From Cladosporium halotolerans (taxonomy: Eukaryota): a stretch of DNA of 64,000 bases. Every line of letters starts with the position of its first letter. Position 1 is the first letter of the stretch. Below the pieces are notes generated by a model. The model had not been told where the DNA came from and ran no database searches. It saw only the letters and a program-made list of their open reading frames with translations. This document shows, piece after piece, positions 22,755 through 35,413 of the stretch. Where the stretch lies: positions 744,001-808,000 of the forward strand of contig NW_027191453.1 of NCBI RefSeq assembly GCF_011745625.1, written 5' to 3'. A program made the position numbers and the translations under genes.

Positions 22755-25508
22755 TCATCCGCTCGACTGGATCCCCCTCAAGGAATCCAAGCCATTGACA
22801 CCGCATCTCTCAAAAGCCAGCACCATTCCCTCGCACCTTCGCTTCAGCTCCTCTGCCTCCTTCTCCGCGCGCCACCTAACCCATTGCTCGACGCTCATAA
22901 TTCTTTCCTCCTCCGTCAGCTCGCCGGCGGCGTGCGCCAGCTGCACTGCAAGGGTGTTCGGTGTGGCTTGCGGCGAGGCGAACAGTGCGGCGTCCAGGTC
23001 CACAGCGTCCCATGGCACAGCAGTTGTGAGCTGGAGCTTTTGCTTTGACGGAGAGATGAGCCTGTTTGATGACTGGAGTCGGTTGGGTGTCGACGGAGCA
23101 AGCGCAACGCGCGAGGTCTTAGTGGGCGAGAGAGTAACGTGAGACTGCTTGATGTTCGATTGGGGAGCCATGGCGGATGAGGGCTGATTCTCCTTGTCGC
23201 TTGGGGCGGGGCTCGGGGTTGCGTTGGAGATGCCGTTGTCTTCTTCATTGGCATCGATGACAACCTCGGGTGATACAGGGCCGGTGTTGTCGTCTTCGTG
23301 AATGGCAATCTGGCCAGCGACCGAGCGAGAGCGACGAGAGGCCTGGCCGGAGCTGCGTCTAGTATTGTCCTTCGACGGAGAGGGCTCGAACTCTTGCGCT
23401 TTCTCTTGCTCAGCTTGGATCGCGGCCTCTGCAGCGAGGCGCCCTTCGATCTCGAGGCGTTCTGCTTCTGCGAGACGCTCCTCCTCAGCCAGGCGCTCCT
23501 CCTCGGCGAGACGTTCCTCTTCAGCAAGACGTTTCTCTTCAGCAACCCGCTCCTCTTCAGCAATGCGTTCCTGCTCCGCCAAGCGCTCCTCCTCAGCGAG
23601 ACGCTCCGCAGCAATGCGCTCTTCTTCAGCCGAACGTTGCAATTCCATCTCTTTTTCCCTTTCAGCCTGCTCAGCCTCAGCCTGCTCAGCCTCAGCCTGC
23701 AGCTTCTCCTCTACCGCGCGCTGCTCGTCCGCCATGCGGGCCAGCTCAGCTTCGATCTCCCGCTCGTCACGATCGAGATCCTCATTCTCAGGCTCCGCTT
23801 CCGGCGCAGTGGAAGTCGCGCTGGCCTTTGAATTCCTCGTTGACGAAGCCTTCTTACCTTTGCTTTTCTTTGCAGTCCCCTTCTTTCCCTTGGCGGGCTT
23901 CGGAGCTTCAGCATCTGTTGCGTACGACTCGTCCACCTGTGCTTGCGAGGGCGCTTCGGTTTGGCTTTCTTCAAATGCAGCTGCGACCTTGGCTTTGGCG
24001 CCTTTTTCGCCTTTCGTGGCCTTCGGGGGCGCTGGGAATTCGACGTTTGAGGCATCAGTGTGGTGATTTTGTTTGTGTGCACCGTCCGATGAGCGCTTTG
24101 TGCCACGCTTCGGCTTCGTCTTCATTTGAGGTGTTGATTCCGCTTCGGGCGCGTCCATGGACTGATCCAGCTCGTCCTGCAGCTGCGCGTCGACTTCGCT
24201 TGATCGTGGTTGGTAATCCGTTTGAAGCTCTGGCGTAACGAATCGTTCTTGGTCGTGTGCCTCCTCAGGCTCAACCACAGGCTCGGGCTCAGGCTCGGGC
24301 TCAGCCTTGACCTTGGGCTTTCGGCCTCTTTTCTTTGGCTGCGATTCAACTTGGCTGGCGTCCATCATGGACGAATCGACCTGTTTCGATTGTCGGCTGC
24401 CCTTCCGTGAACCCTTCTTCGCCTTCGCGGGTGCAGGTTCTTCCTCTACAGTCTGCGAGTGCATTGAAACTCGGATGTTGTCCTCAACTTCGTCTTGCGG
24501 CATTTGCGTGCTCAGATCAGGGTACTGTATCTCCATCGCCTCTTCCTGATCGAGAGTGCTCGTCTTTTTCTTCCCCTTGCTGGTCTTCGTAGCGGCCTTC
24601 GCACGGCCAGATGTCTTCTTGCTTTTGCTACCCGCTCGTGAGACTGTCGACCCAGCTGTCATGATACTATCATCGATGCCGGCCGTCTCGCCCACCATCG
24701 AGTCGCCCATGCTCAATGCTTCCGACGGCGCAAGCGAGACCGAGCTCTGTCTGCTCATCCTGCTGGCTGTGCTGTCCCTTCCTTTGCCCTTTGCTTTTCC
24801 TTTCGTCCTCTTGGGCGCAGTCTCTCCGTACTGTTCCAACAACCTGAAAAAGAGGCAGTCCGGACTACGACGCTTGTGTTCGTCCAGCGGATCGTCCTTG
24901 GGCTCCCAGCCATCCAGACTCAGATTGCAGTAGAAGCACGTCGCGCCATCCTCCGTGTCCGGGCTGAGATCGCACGTCCACCCGGCCTCAACCATCTTCG
25001 ACGTCTTGCAGCGCCATCCGCGCTTGCCCTCGTGCGACCAGCCAGCACCGGCATCGAAGGTCGCTTTACGCGCCGCGGCCATCTCCTCCGACATGGGGTT
25101 CCGCGTCTCTTCTGCTTCGCCATCCTGTGGCGAAACAGACAGACACAGCGCCCATGCGCAGCCTTGTGAGTGGGCCAAGTGTTCGTTGAGCGGGTTGTCG
25201 GTGGCTTCCCAGCCGTCGAGTTTCACGGCACAGAGATAGCATTGCACGTTGTCGTCGGAGTCTTGGCTGGGTTTGTAGAAGAAGCCTGCGCGTGCGAGCT
25301 GTGACAATGTCAGTAATGTGACTACGAAGTACAAGATTGACCATCGCACCTCTTCCGGCGAAGGCTGATCGTGCGGCCATTCGAAAGTCTGTTGTGTTTT
25401 CTTCTTGCCCTGCGACGATGCGCGTCGCTTGCTCGACTGCTGCGGCTGCTGGAAGGTCGCAACGCGCGCAGCGAACGACTGCATGTCGGTCGATATCATG
25501 TCCGCCAT
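22755..25508 (-). CDS. BIR1: BIR-domain (survivin/Bir1) chromosomal passenger protein; intron 25299-25349
   Basis: Two BIR repeats (LARAGF...CYLC..LDGWE..DNPLNEH..C and MVEAGW...CFYC..LDGWEPKDDPLDEH..C), long disordered middle, C-terminal 'MSVEQWVRWRAE' helix. Confidence 0.92.
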   Translation of the reverse strand: MADMISTDMQSFAARVATFQQPQQSSKRRASSQGKKKTQQTFEWPHDQPSPEEVRWSILYFVVTLLTLSQLARAGFFYKPSQDSDDNVQCYLCAVKLDGWEATDNPLNEHLAHSQGCAWALCLSVSPQDGEAEETRNPMSEEMAAARKATFDAGAGWSHEGKRGWRCKTSKMVEAGWTCDLSPDTEDGATCFYCNLSLDGWEPKDDPLDEHKRRSPDCLFFRLLEQYGETAPKRTKGKAKGKGRDSTASRMSRQSSVSLAPSEALSMGDSMVGETAGIDDSIMTAGSTVSRAGSKSKKTSGRAKAATKTSKGKKKTSTLDQEEAMEIQYPDLSTQMPQDEVEDNIRVSMHSQTVEEEPAPAKAKKGSRKGSRQSKQVDSSMMDASQVESQPKKRGRKPKVKAEPEPEPEPVVEPEEAHDQERFVTPELQTDYQPRSSEVDAQLQDELDQSMDAPEAESTPQMKTKPKRGTKRSSDGAHKQNHHTDASNVEFPAPPKATKGEKGAKAKVAAAFEESQTEAPSQAQVDESYATDAEAPKPAKGKKGTAKKSKGKKASSTRNSKASATSTAPEAEPENEDLDRDEREIEAELARMADEQRAVEEKLQAEAEQAEAEQAEREKEMELQRSAEEERIAAERLAEEERLAEQERIAEEERVAEEKRLAEEERLAEEERLAEEERLAEAERLEIEGRLAAEAAIQAEQEKAQEFEPSPSKDNTRRSSGQASRRSRSVAGQIAIHEDDNTGPVSPEVVIDANEEDNGISNATPSPAPSDKENQPSSAMAPQSNIKQSHVTLSPTKTSRVALAPSTPNRLQSSNRLISPSKQKLQLTTAVPWDAVDLDAALFASPQATPNTLAVQLAHAAGELTEEERIMSVEQWVRWRAEKEAEELKRRCEGMVLAFERCGVNGLDSLRGIQSSG
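23454..23630 (-). repeat. Coding 18-nt tandem repeat, (AEEERL) x about 9-10, within BIR1
   Basis: Visible in both translation and DNA. Confidence 0.9.
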
Positions 25509-25919
25509 CGTCGCGAGTCGTCGTGTCGTGTCGTCCTGCGGGGCGACGGCGGTGCCTCTATGTCGTCTGGGCTCCGACTTGATGTTTGGGCGGACGCGCT
25601 GGTAAACAAAAGCCGCAGCGGACGGCCGGCGCCGCGTCCCGCGCAAGCCAAAGTTGTTGCGTCAGCCCGGTCCGGGGTTCGCGGATCGGTCGCGGCGGGC
25701 GCATTCGGGAGCTGTCGGCGTTTTCGAGAAAGGTACCACCTTACTGCCGCTGCACATCATCCAACGAGCGCTGCCCACTTGACCACTTGCCTGCTTCTTC
25801 GTGTCCCTCCTTCGCAGCAGTCTTGCAACGGCGTGCTGCTCGCGCAATGGCGATTTTTGGTTAACATTTCTCTAGCATTGAACCACCTCGTCGGCCCGTC
25901 GACAAACATCACCAACACC

Positions 25920-27646
25920 ATGTCCGCTCTAAAGCTCGCAGTAGGTATCATTGGATTGGAGCTTCAGCTGCCTTCGATTACTGATTACATAAATAGAGGT
26001 CGCCCGCTATCCACTCCTTGCTGGGCGTCAATTCCCACCTCATTCGCACAACCGCATGGCGTTCCCGTCCTAGTTCCCTTCGCTCGATACCATCGGCTTC
26101 CCGCACTTTCACCTCCACGCAATGGACCTTGAACGAGCAGAGAGACAGACAGCAGCAGCAGAAGCAGCAAGATCACGTACAACCGCAATCTCAAAGCTCG
26201 AATGCCCACGAGGATGCTACAGCGCAGTCTACCACCAGCAACTCAGCTCCGTTCGACAACTTCAACCAGAGTTTACCGCCGGGATGGGAGGATGACACCG
26301 AGCTCTCCAGTGTAAAGCAATTCTCGGACTTACCGCACAAACACTTTGGGTACAACCAGCATATCAAGGTGAACGAGGACTTCAAAGAGGCTTTGCGCCA
26401 GGTGCTTTGGCAGTTCCGCGCTCCGATTCGGTACGCTTTTGCTTACGGTTCTGGTGTCTTTGGCCAGAGCAACACCACTGGTGGAGGCGCAGATGGTATG
26501 AGCCCGCATCCCAACCCTCCAAAGGCGGTCGAAGAATGGCAGAGCGGGGGCGCTAAAATCATCGACTTCATCTTTGGCGTCTCTCACACGCACCACTGGC
26601 ATTCTCTCAACTTGGCCCAGCACCCTGAGCACTATTCTGGCTTGAAATACCTTCCCTACGCTAGTGGCGCTATTTCAAGAATCCAGGACAGAATCGGTGC
26701 CGGTGTCTACTTCAACCCGTACATTACCGTCAACGGAACCATGATCAAATACGGCGTCGTGAACCTAGACACTCTCTCCTCGGATCTGAGCGAATGGAAC
26801 TCTCTCTATCTTGCCGGTCGCCTGCAAAAACCCGTGAAGATTCTCAGGGACGACCCGCGCGTGCGTCTGGCCAACCAGGTCAACCTTATCTCTGCCCTGC
26901 GCACTGCCCTCCTCATGTTGCCTGAGAACTTCACCGAGCGCCAGCTCTACGAGCGCATCGCCGGTCTGTCCTACATGGGCGACCCGCGCATGAACTCCTA
27001 CTTCTCCGGCGAGAACCCCAATAAGGTCTCCAACATCGTCGGCGCCCAGCTCCCCGGCTTCCGCCAACTCTACGTGCCCCTGATCGTCAACCTCCCCAAC
27101 CTAACCTTCACCGACTCCCGCACCCCCCACGTTCTAGGCTGGGAGAAGGAAGACGCCATCCGGCACACCGGCTCCTCACCCGCCCTGCACGACGTCCTCG
27201 GCGGCGCCGACGGCCTCACCCTGCAGCAAGACATGGACCCCAAGAAGCGCGGCAACATGGTGCGCCGGCTGCCCAAAGCCTTCCGCACAAAACTCTACTG
27301 GCAGTACAAGAAGAAGTTCGGCATCCCGGGCTCGGCCTTCGACAGCGTGCTCGAGGCCGCCGCCGACGAGGACGCCGCCGAGGGCTTCAAGCGCCGCGAG
27401 GGCGGCGACTTCGAGCGCCGCATCGCCGCCCAGGACGACCTGAGCGCCGTCATGGGCCAGGCCGTCACGCAGACCGTCGCGTGGCCGAGCACGTCGCAGA
27501 CGATCAAGAGCTTTTTCACGGCGGGCATTGGCCGCGCGTGGAAGTACTACAGCGATAAGAGGCGGAAGAGCCGCGAGAAGGGGAAGAAGGAGGCGCTGAA
27601 GAAGCTGCAGGGGGGTGAGGGGGCGAAGGTCGAGAAGGACGAGTGA
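25920..27646 (+). CDS. TAM41: Mitochondrial phosphatidate cytidylyltransferase; intron 25941-25996
   Basis: 'YAFAYGSGVF', 'IDFIFGV', 'WHSLNL', 'GAGVYFNP', 'LYLAGRLQKPV', 'LSYMGDPRM'. Short first exon MSALKLA plus an Arg/Ser-rich presequence. Confidence 0.95.
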
Positions 27647-28116
27647 TCATGCCGGCTGGATTCTTTTCTTTGCGTGTAGTTATCGTGAGCGTTGGCGTAA
27701 CATCCGCCCTTGGAGAACGGGCGTTGATTTTTCTTTTTCCGGGTAGCGTGGAGGCATGGTCATCGAGAGCCCTGGTCTGGGTTGATCGATACAAAAGGCG
27801 GGCTGCATGGTGTGTTTGGGGATCCCTTTGCCGAAATGCCGAGAAACGGTATAGGCATAGTGCATAGGCGGTGTTGATGGAGGACTCAGGTGCCATGTCT
27901 GTAACATAGAACGCTCGAGCTTGTCGCTTGGAGCAGGCAGACCGAATACGGTTTGCTGAAATTGAAAAGAAAGATTTTAATGAATGGTCCGGTAGAAGCC
28001 TCCGCGCAAGTCATACGCTTTGTCGCCACTAAAGACAAGGCCACCTTGAGATCCACGTGCGCTAAACACCTCCAATGTATCTTCGAATACAGCTCCGAAT
28101 CACATCATGCCGGTAA

Positions 28117-29723
28117 CTAATACTTATAAAACCTATCTCCACCGGTCCTTCTCAGCCTCCCATTCGACACCCGATAATAAACCAACAACCCCACACACCC
28201 CACCGCGACGAAAAACAACAGCGCGCAATTCGTCCAATGCCCCGTCGGATACCCGTCCGCCTTCTCCTCCGCCTTATAAATCCACACGCCTACAATCTGC
28301 CCCGGCGCGCCGAACGAGATGTTCATCGCGATCGCCAGCCCCACCGCCGCCGTCGAGAACAGATTACTGCTCAGCCAGCCCAGCAGTGGAGGAATGCAGC
28401 TAAACGAGCCGCTCGCGGCGACGATCAGGCAGCCGTAGCGTGCGGCGTAGGAGGTCGGGGGGAGCACGGCGGAGGCGAGGAAGCCGATTGCGCCGATGGT
28501 TGCGAAGGTGGCGGAGTGTAGTGCGCGCGCGTTGAAGTGGTCCGCGGACCAGGAGACGAGGATGGTAACCACGTAGCTTACGGCGTAAGGCGGGACGGTC
28601 ATTAGTTGGGCTTGTAGGCCGGAGTAGCCGAGGCCGGCGGTTATGGTGGGGGTGAAGAGGGAGAGGGAGGAGAAGGGCGTGGAGATGCCGAAGTAGATCT
28701 GGGGAGTGGGTTAGTGGGAGGGTTTTGCTGGGACTTGGGAGGGGAAACTGTACGATGTAGTGGGCGTAGAGTCGCAGGTCGAGAAGGGTGGCTTTGGCGT
28801 CTGCCCAGGTCATGTGGCTGCTGTGCCCATGAGATCCTTCAAGTCGGAGTCGATCAGATGCAAGTTGTTTGTCTGCAGATGATAACCAACCTGCTGTCTC
28901 AGGGTAATCTGGGAGGAGAAAGAACACGGCTACCGCTGAGAGTAGAGATGGCAGCCCTTCCAGGATGAACAGCCATCTCCAAGCGCTCAATCCTGACGTG
29001 CCGTTCATGTGACCGACTCCGTAGGCGATGGCGCCGCCAAAAGCACCTGCCAGCGTGGCCGAAGCGAGGACGAGAGCAACACGGATAGAACGCTCTTCAG
29101 TGCGGTACCAAAATGTGAGGTAGTCTGCAAAATGTCAGATACTTTGTGTTCAAGCTCCTCTAGTTGTGCTTGCTGGACATACAGACGAGACCAGGGAAAA
29201 GGCCAGCCTCAAAGACGCCCAGCAGAAATCGAACAGCTGTCACAGATCCAAAGTTCTGCACACCACCCAGACCCATTGTGATCGCTCCCCACGAGAGCAT
29301 GAGAAATGCAATCCAGTTGCTTGGCTTGAGCCGCTTAAGCATGTAGTTGCTCGGTACTTCGAACAAGGCATACGCAATCAGGAACACCATGAGGGCGATT
29401 GTAAACTGAAAATTCGTCATGTTGGTCTCCGTGAGCAGATCGTCTCCATCTTCTTGGTTGAGAACTTTGGCGTTGCCAATGTTCGAGCGGTCCAGATAGC
29501 ACAGCAGGTAGATGAAGGAGCAAAGCGGGATGATGCGTAGATCTTGTTTGAATATGAGAGACCGCTCCTCCTGTGTGCCTTGGTTGGCGTATACCGATCC
29601 GGTGGTCAGGGCATCTGGCGTGATCTTTTCATTGTTGGATTCGACGTCCTCGTGGGCGACTGGGTCGGTCATCTTCTCGTCCGACTCAAGGATCGGCGCA
29701 GGATCTGTCTCAAGATGAGGCAT
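28117..29723 (-). CDS. MFS anion:cation symporter (Dal5/Tna1-like); introns about 29125-29182 and 28699-28753
   Basis: 'YLLCYLDRSNIGNAK', 'FEVPSNYML', 'RFLLGVFEAGLFPG', 'WRWLFILEG', 'MTVPPY'. Confidence 0.92.
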
Positions 29724-29888
29724 GATTGCTCGCTCTGTGCTCCGGGGCAATTGCACCGATAACGAAAGGCTCGCCCTGTTGACGACAAGTGTGTTTCCAG
29801 AATCTGAAATGCAAAGACACAGTCAAGTCGGCACCGAGGTGTTGGCGGCCGACGTGACCTATATATCGGCTCTTGACCGAAAGAAAAC

Positions 29889-30044
29889 GTGGGGATCTCC
29901 CATCATTCATCCGGCCTCGCCTGCATTAGTTGTCGTACGAGGACGAATCACTTAACCCCAACAAGCACCCTAAGCATTGACAAGACTCCACTCTCACACC
30001 GCGGGGGCCCCGGAGTGGAGCCGTAGGGTGAGTGTCTTGCGGGG
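29889..30044. promoter_or_regulatory. Cluster of CreA/Mig1-type SYGGRG sites upstream of the MFS gene
   Basis: GTGGGG 29889, GCGGGG 30001, CCGGAG 30010, GTGGAG 30015, GCGGGG 30039. Confidence 0.4.
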
Positions 30045-30837
30045 TCGGCACGATGGAAGCGAGATGAGAGGACAGCGGCGCCGACGGCCGAAAGCACTAA
30101 ATACATGATGGTTTAGATGAAAGCTTCATAGTCATGAGATGTGCCTCGGTGCGATGTTGTGACACCTGCGTTTTGAGCTTCCAACAGCTTGGCTTGCGTG
30201 TTCAGTCGAAGGCACCACGATAGCGGTCAAAAACCTAGTGCAATATCCACAAGACAAGCCACAGATTATAACAAATGAGACTGCTACAATGTTTGGGCAC
30301 CGATTAAGCGTACTCTCACGTCTGATGAAGTAGGTGAGCACCTGTCCCTGAACGAATGTGACACATGAGGACACAGGAACTCTAACCCCAACTCTAACCC
30401 TAAGCTCTTCAACCTTGAATTCACATTGAGCTTTCCTCTCAGCCTCAACCTGCTGAAGCGCAAATAGAAGGTATGGAAGATTATATTTCAGAAGTCATAC
30501 ATGCTACAAATCTGTCATAATGCAGATGAGATTTTCCAGCACCATGTTGTATATATCTGCAAGATTTACACGAATCATCGGCGCAGCCAACAGCACGGCG
30601 TGATGAGCGCTACATTCTCAGTGAGACATGTATGTCTTTGACTGAGACATTTTGTGGATACTATGGCAGTGGAGTCAAGGCATTCATTGCTCATGAACAG
30701 CGACACGAGAGGTATTGACCCTCCACGTAGGGGTTGGAAGCATTCAGAGAGACTGCGGCCCTTTTGGAGTTGTGAGATACGATGCACGCTTTTGCTTCCA
30801 TGAAACCATTTACTTCATTTCATCTCATCTCGTCAAC

Positions 30838-31443
30838 TCATGAGCCCGTAGAGCCAGTGTTGGGGTAGTTGTCCTTGTCGACGGGGTTCGCTGGACCACC
30901 CCTCTGCCCAAGAATGCCTCCAACATCAACCTCCTTCTGCTTCTCAGCCTCGACTGCTTGCCTCGCGGGCCTCTGCTCAGCCTTCTTCTTGTCTAAATCG
31001 GTCTCTAGGCCGTCCTGTGCGCCGCTCGCGCCAGGCTTTTCCATCACGGCGTCGCGGATCTTGGACTCGCCAGGCGCGGCCATCTGATCGGCGTCAAGCT
31101 CCTTGTGCTTGCCGTAGTCCTCTTCGGTGTAACCCTTGGCCTCCTCGCCAGGAGGAGCGCCGCGTACGCCGTACGCCACGGGTGTGGGAGTTGCATCGTT
31201 GATCGAGGTGTTTTGCTGCTGAGGCACGCGCTTGTCTCTGTTGGGGAGGGTGTATGAGCTGTGGAGTTCAAAATAACATATTACGATACGAGATGCTTAC
31301 ACTGGAGCGTTCGCGGCATTATAAGCGTTGGCGCCCGCCTGAGCTTTCTCGGCAGGCTCCTTGGTTGCCGGGTTGCCAGGCGTCGAGTAGGCCTGGTCGA
31401 GGGTTGGCTGAGATGGCCCAGTGGGGTTGAGTGCGTCGGACAT
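30838..31443 (-). CDS. Small hydrophilic hypothetical protein; intron 31238-31300
   Basis: 'MSDALNPTGPSQPTLDQAYSTPGNPA...' splices via GTAAGC...AACAG in frame to the 129-aa ORF. Strong codon bias. Confidence 0.75.
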
Positions 31444-31899
31444 GGTGTCAGATGTACGAGGTCCTCTTGGATAGCTGACGGAAGGGTCCTGTGATCCGTG
31501 TCGCTAGAAGAAGACGGTGCGTATAGCTTGGGGTAAAAGATGGATCTGTGACAAAGAGAAATGGTCGAAGTGTTTACTTGCCAAACAGAAATATACAGAG
31601 GGTCAGCGGCAGGGCAAGAAGTGTGTCCCGCGATGACATATGCGTTCTCTATCTCCCGATTGTTCGATGTGCACATCAATCTGCCGCCAGCCAGCTCCAG
31701 CCAGTCAAAAGATGCCCCGCGAAACGTCATCGCCTGTCATCAAGCACCGCGGACAGATCAAAAGCATCGACAGCAACATCTCGCAGACCACGGACCCAAT
31801 ATCTTCATTTTAAACTTTCGATTGCAGTCTCCAGCGTTTTACTGCCAAATCACAATCATCACATCTTTTCATCTATAACTCTACGCGACAACCGCAATC

Positions 31900-33013
31900 A
31901 TGGCCGCCAACTTGACCCGCAAAGAGCTTCTCGGCAAGGTGTACAAGATGGTACCGCCTATGCTTGAGAAGTTTCACAAGGGTAGGTCACATTGAAAAAG
32001 GTCGCAATCCAAGTTCGGTAGCTGACATGCTGAACAGGTCAGCTTGGACGTGTGGCAGTCATTGGTGGTAGCGAGGACTACACCGGTGCACCGTATTTCT
32101 CCGCAATGGCATCTGCAAGACTTGGTGCGGACATGGTACGTGTAGCATGAACCTGTGCACGTCGCAGGCTCATTGAAGCTCGATGACCAACCACTAACAA
32201 TCGCTGTAGTCCCACGTTATTTGCGAGCCAGGCGCGGGCGCCGTTATCAAGACCTACTCCCCCAACCTGATGGTGCACCCTTACATGCGCCAGCAGAAAA
32301 ACATCGGCAAGGATGAGTCCATTGACAGCGTCTCCCAAAACATAATTGCTATGCTCGACCGTCTGCACGTCATTGTCGTCGGCCCCGGTCTCGGACGCGA
32401 CCCAGCCATGCAAGAGACTTGCGCGAGAGTAATCACGGAGGCTAAGAAGAAGGGCGTGGCGTTCGTCCTTGACGCCGATGGTCTCTACCTCGCTCAGACT
32501 CGCCCAGACCTTGTCCAGGGATACAAGAACTGCATCCTGACCCCCAATGTCGTCGAGTTTGGCCGTCTGGCGAAGAGCCAGAACATCAACGTCGACGAGG
32601 GCGAGAAGGACAAGCTGTGCGCTAAGCTGGCCAATGCCCTTGGTGGTGTCACCATTATCCAGAAGGGTCCCGTCGACTACATCTCGAACGGAAAGGAAAC
32701 TCTCATCTGCAGTGGTGAGGGCGGTCTGAAGAGAGCTGGTGGCCAGGGTGACACCCTCACTGGCTGTCTTGCAACTCTGCTGGCCTACCGCATGGCCTAC
32801 CTCGACAGACTCTGGGACCACGAGAACGACATGAACGCCGACGAGCTGCTTGCCTACGTCGCTTACGGCGGCAGTGCTATCACCAGGGAGTGCTCGAGGC
32901 TCGCTTTCAAGGAGAAGGGCCGCTCGCTGCAGGCCGCTGACCTGACTGACCACGTCCATGGCGCATTCCTTGACCTCATTGGCGAGAAGCCGACGGATGA
33001 GAGCAAGCTCTGA
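31900..33013 (+). CDS. NNR2: ATP-dependent NAD(P)HX dehydratase (YjeF-C/NAXD family); two introns (about 31982-32037 and 32136-32209)
   Basis: '[24 protein letters not shown]', 'GPGLGR', 'VLDADGL', 'LTPNVVEF', '[12 protein letters not shown]'. Confidence 0.93.
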
Positions 33014-33116
33014 ACGATTTCACGACAAGTAAACGGCTGCCGAAAGTTAGCTTAATAATGTAGCATAGAGCATGGGAGTGTACAGTACCTGATATGAAGA
33101 AAGCATCATACCCTCG

Positions 33117-34029
33117 TCAATGTGTCGCATGAGAGTTCAAAAAGTCGAGCACCACCTTGTTGAACTCGGTTGGAAACTCCCACTGGCGAAGTCGTCAGCA
33201 TGTGAATCGAAACCATTCGTCAGAGACTTACTAAACAGCCATGACCACCCCTGGTGGTCTTCCAAAGGCTCCCGGGCATTGCCTCCGAGAGTTGCCGACT
33301 CAACAACACCGGGATCAAGATATCCTCATCCCCAGCAAGCACCATGACTTTCCCGTCGGCTAGCCCACCCAAGCCCTTCCCGCTTGTCTTTAAATATTTC
33401 AACGCGCTCATCGAATCAAAGTCTTGTATCACGTTGAGCTGAGACAAGTAAGCCTCCAGCGGCATATCGAGCTCTTTCATAGCTTCGTCCACTTCTCGCA
33501 GCTCTTCAGGCTGAGTCAGAAAGAACGGAACTGTGAATGCCCATAACGTCACATCTCTCATGACATCCTGCACGCTCATGTGAGACGCCATATCGGCCCA
33601 TAACGCGAACATCCTTTCGCAGAAAATCGAAGGTTGAGCGTACGTGCAGCAAAGACTGAGACTCAGCATCTCTATCCCCTTCGCCTCGGCGCTTCCGTTG
33701 GCATACTTGAGCGCGTAGGACTGTGCGATCATACCGCCCATGCTTACGCCGAGGAGATGGAAAGCACTGATATCGAGATAGTCGAGGAGAGCATGCAGGT
33801 CAGTCGCCATCTGCGGCGAGGTGTACGGTCCAGGAGGACGAGAGGACCTGCCTATGCCTCTGTTGTCGTAGGCTAGAACGCGGTATCCGGCGGCGGTGAA
33901 GGCGGGGATGTTGGATGCCCATGTTTGGAGATCATCCGCAAGGCCGTTGATGAGCACTAGCATTTGGCCTGCTGGATGACCGTAGATCTCATAGTTGATA
34001 CTTATGGAGTTGACTGATGCGATGGGCAT
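33117..34029 (-). CDS. Alpha/beta hydrolase (3-oxoadipate enol-lactonase-like); intron 33183-33231
   Basis: 'YDNRGIGRS', GVSMGG nucleophile, 'GDEDIL', 'GGHGCL|WEFPTEFNKVVLDFL'. Confidence 0.9.
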
Positions 34030-34410
34030 GGTTGCGATCGCGCGGGGAGATGGCTAAGTTTTGAGGCAGAGGTGAAGATGTTGATGTTCGTTGTTGAACA
34101 CTGCCATGTCTAGAGCCTTCTCACTTTGAACGTGTCAGAAATTACAGTAAATTCCCAACCACGCCTATGTGTGATCTAGTGTACATGGTGTCTTGTTCTG
34201 AAGAATGGAGGTGGAGGTCGGGAAGCCTGATGAAACGGCACCCTTCAGACCGCAACTCAAACCCCACATTTCGTCACCAGGGAGCTCCAAGTCGTTGATG
34301 CTTCACGGAGACACACAGCTACAATACCTTATCGGAGACTCGAAGCACCTATTCGAAGGCCAACCCGGGCAAATCGCACAGACGCCAACAATTGTACTAT
34401 ACTCGGCACT

Positions 34411-35413
34411 ATGGCTGGCGGACCCCAAGATCTTAGCGAGCTGGAGAAAGATCCTCGTCTCTTCCTCTACACCTCCTTGACCGCTGGAAGCTCGCACATC
34501 ATCACCGCAACCTCGCGTATTGAAACCATCCTCAAGGCGAATAGAATTCCTTTTCAGGCTGTGGATACTGCGACGGACGAGAAGTGTCGACGACTATGGG
34601 GAAGAAGAGCGGGCAAGAGGAAGCTGCCCGGCTTGGTTAAGGACGGTTTCGTGATCGCTGTATGTGAGTTCTATGGCGGTCAACGGTTGGAGGGCCATCA
34701 TGATAGCAACCATGTAGCTAATCATACACCGCTAGGATCTTGAGCAAGTCGAGGAATGGAACGAATTTGGCGAGCTCAAGGAGAGCATTGGTCCAGTCCC
34801 GGCAGCAGGGGCACCCGTCGCACCCATCGCACCCAAGCTCCCAGTTAAGCCCACCGCCACGGCAGGCAGCAGCAAGATCGACCCGCCCGCTCCGAAACCC
34901 GTGGCTCTCCCTGGTGCAGCTGAGATCGCAGCCCGCAACAACCCGCTGCCCAAATCCTCGCCGGAGGATGCCGTGAAGCCTGAGACGATGACGACTGCAC
35001 CGGCTGAGAAGGAGAAGAGCATCGGCGCTGCGACAGACTCGAAGTACGATCACCTGAGCGCTCCCGCGAGCGCGATTGTCTCTGGTACTGCGACGCCCGC
35101 AGAAAAGAAAGAGGAGGAGAGTGGTACAACGGCAGACAAGGGCAAGTATGATCACCTGAGCGTGCCGGCGAGCGCCATACAGTCTGGCACTGCGACTCCT
35201 GCTGAGGCGGTGGCTCCGACCAGCCAGGCTGCTGCTGTGGACGCGCCGAGTGAGGAGGTCAAGAAGGTCGAGGGCGAGACTAGGATCGCCGAGGAGCCGA
35301 ACGTCGAGAGTGCTGCGAAGGGTGTTGAGGGCATGCAGGTCGGCGAGGGCAAGATGGTTGGCGAGCAGGAGGCCAAGAAGCCAGAGGATGCTACAAAGAG
35401 CGTTGAGGATTGA
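34411..35413 (+). CDS. Thioredoxin-fold/SH3BGR-like protein with a disordered C-terminus; intron 34660-34735
   Basis: 'LFLYTSLTAGSSHIITATSRIETILKANRIPF...LPGLV...DLEQVEEWNEFGELK'. Confidence 0.8.

Noticed and set aside
30382..30403. Telomere-like CTAACCC..CTAACCCTAA, considered as a telomerase RNA template or interstitial telomere
   Set aside because: Only about two imperfect units, too little free space downstream for a long fungal telomerase RNA, and no pseudoknot recognised.
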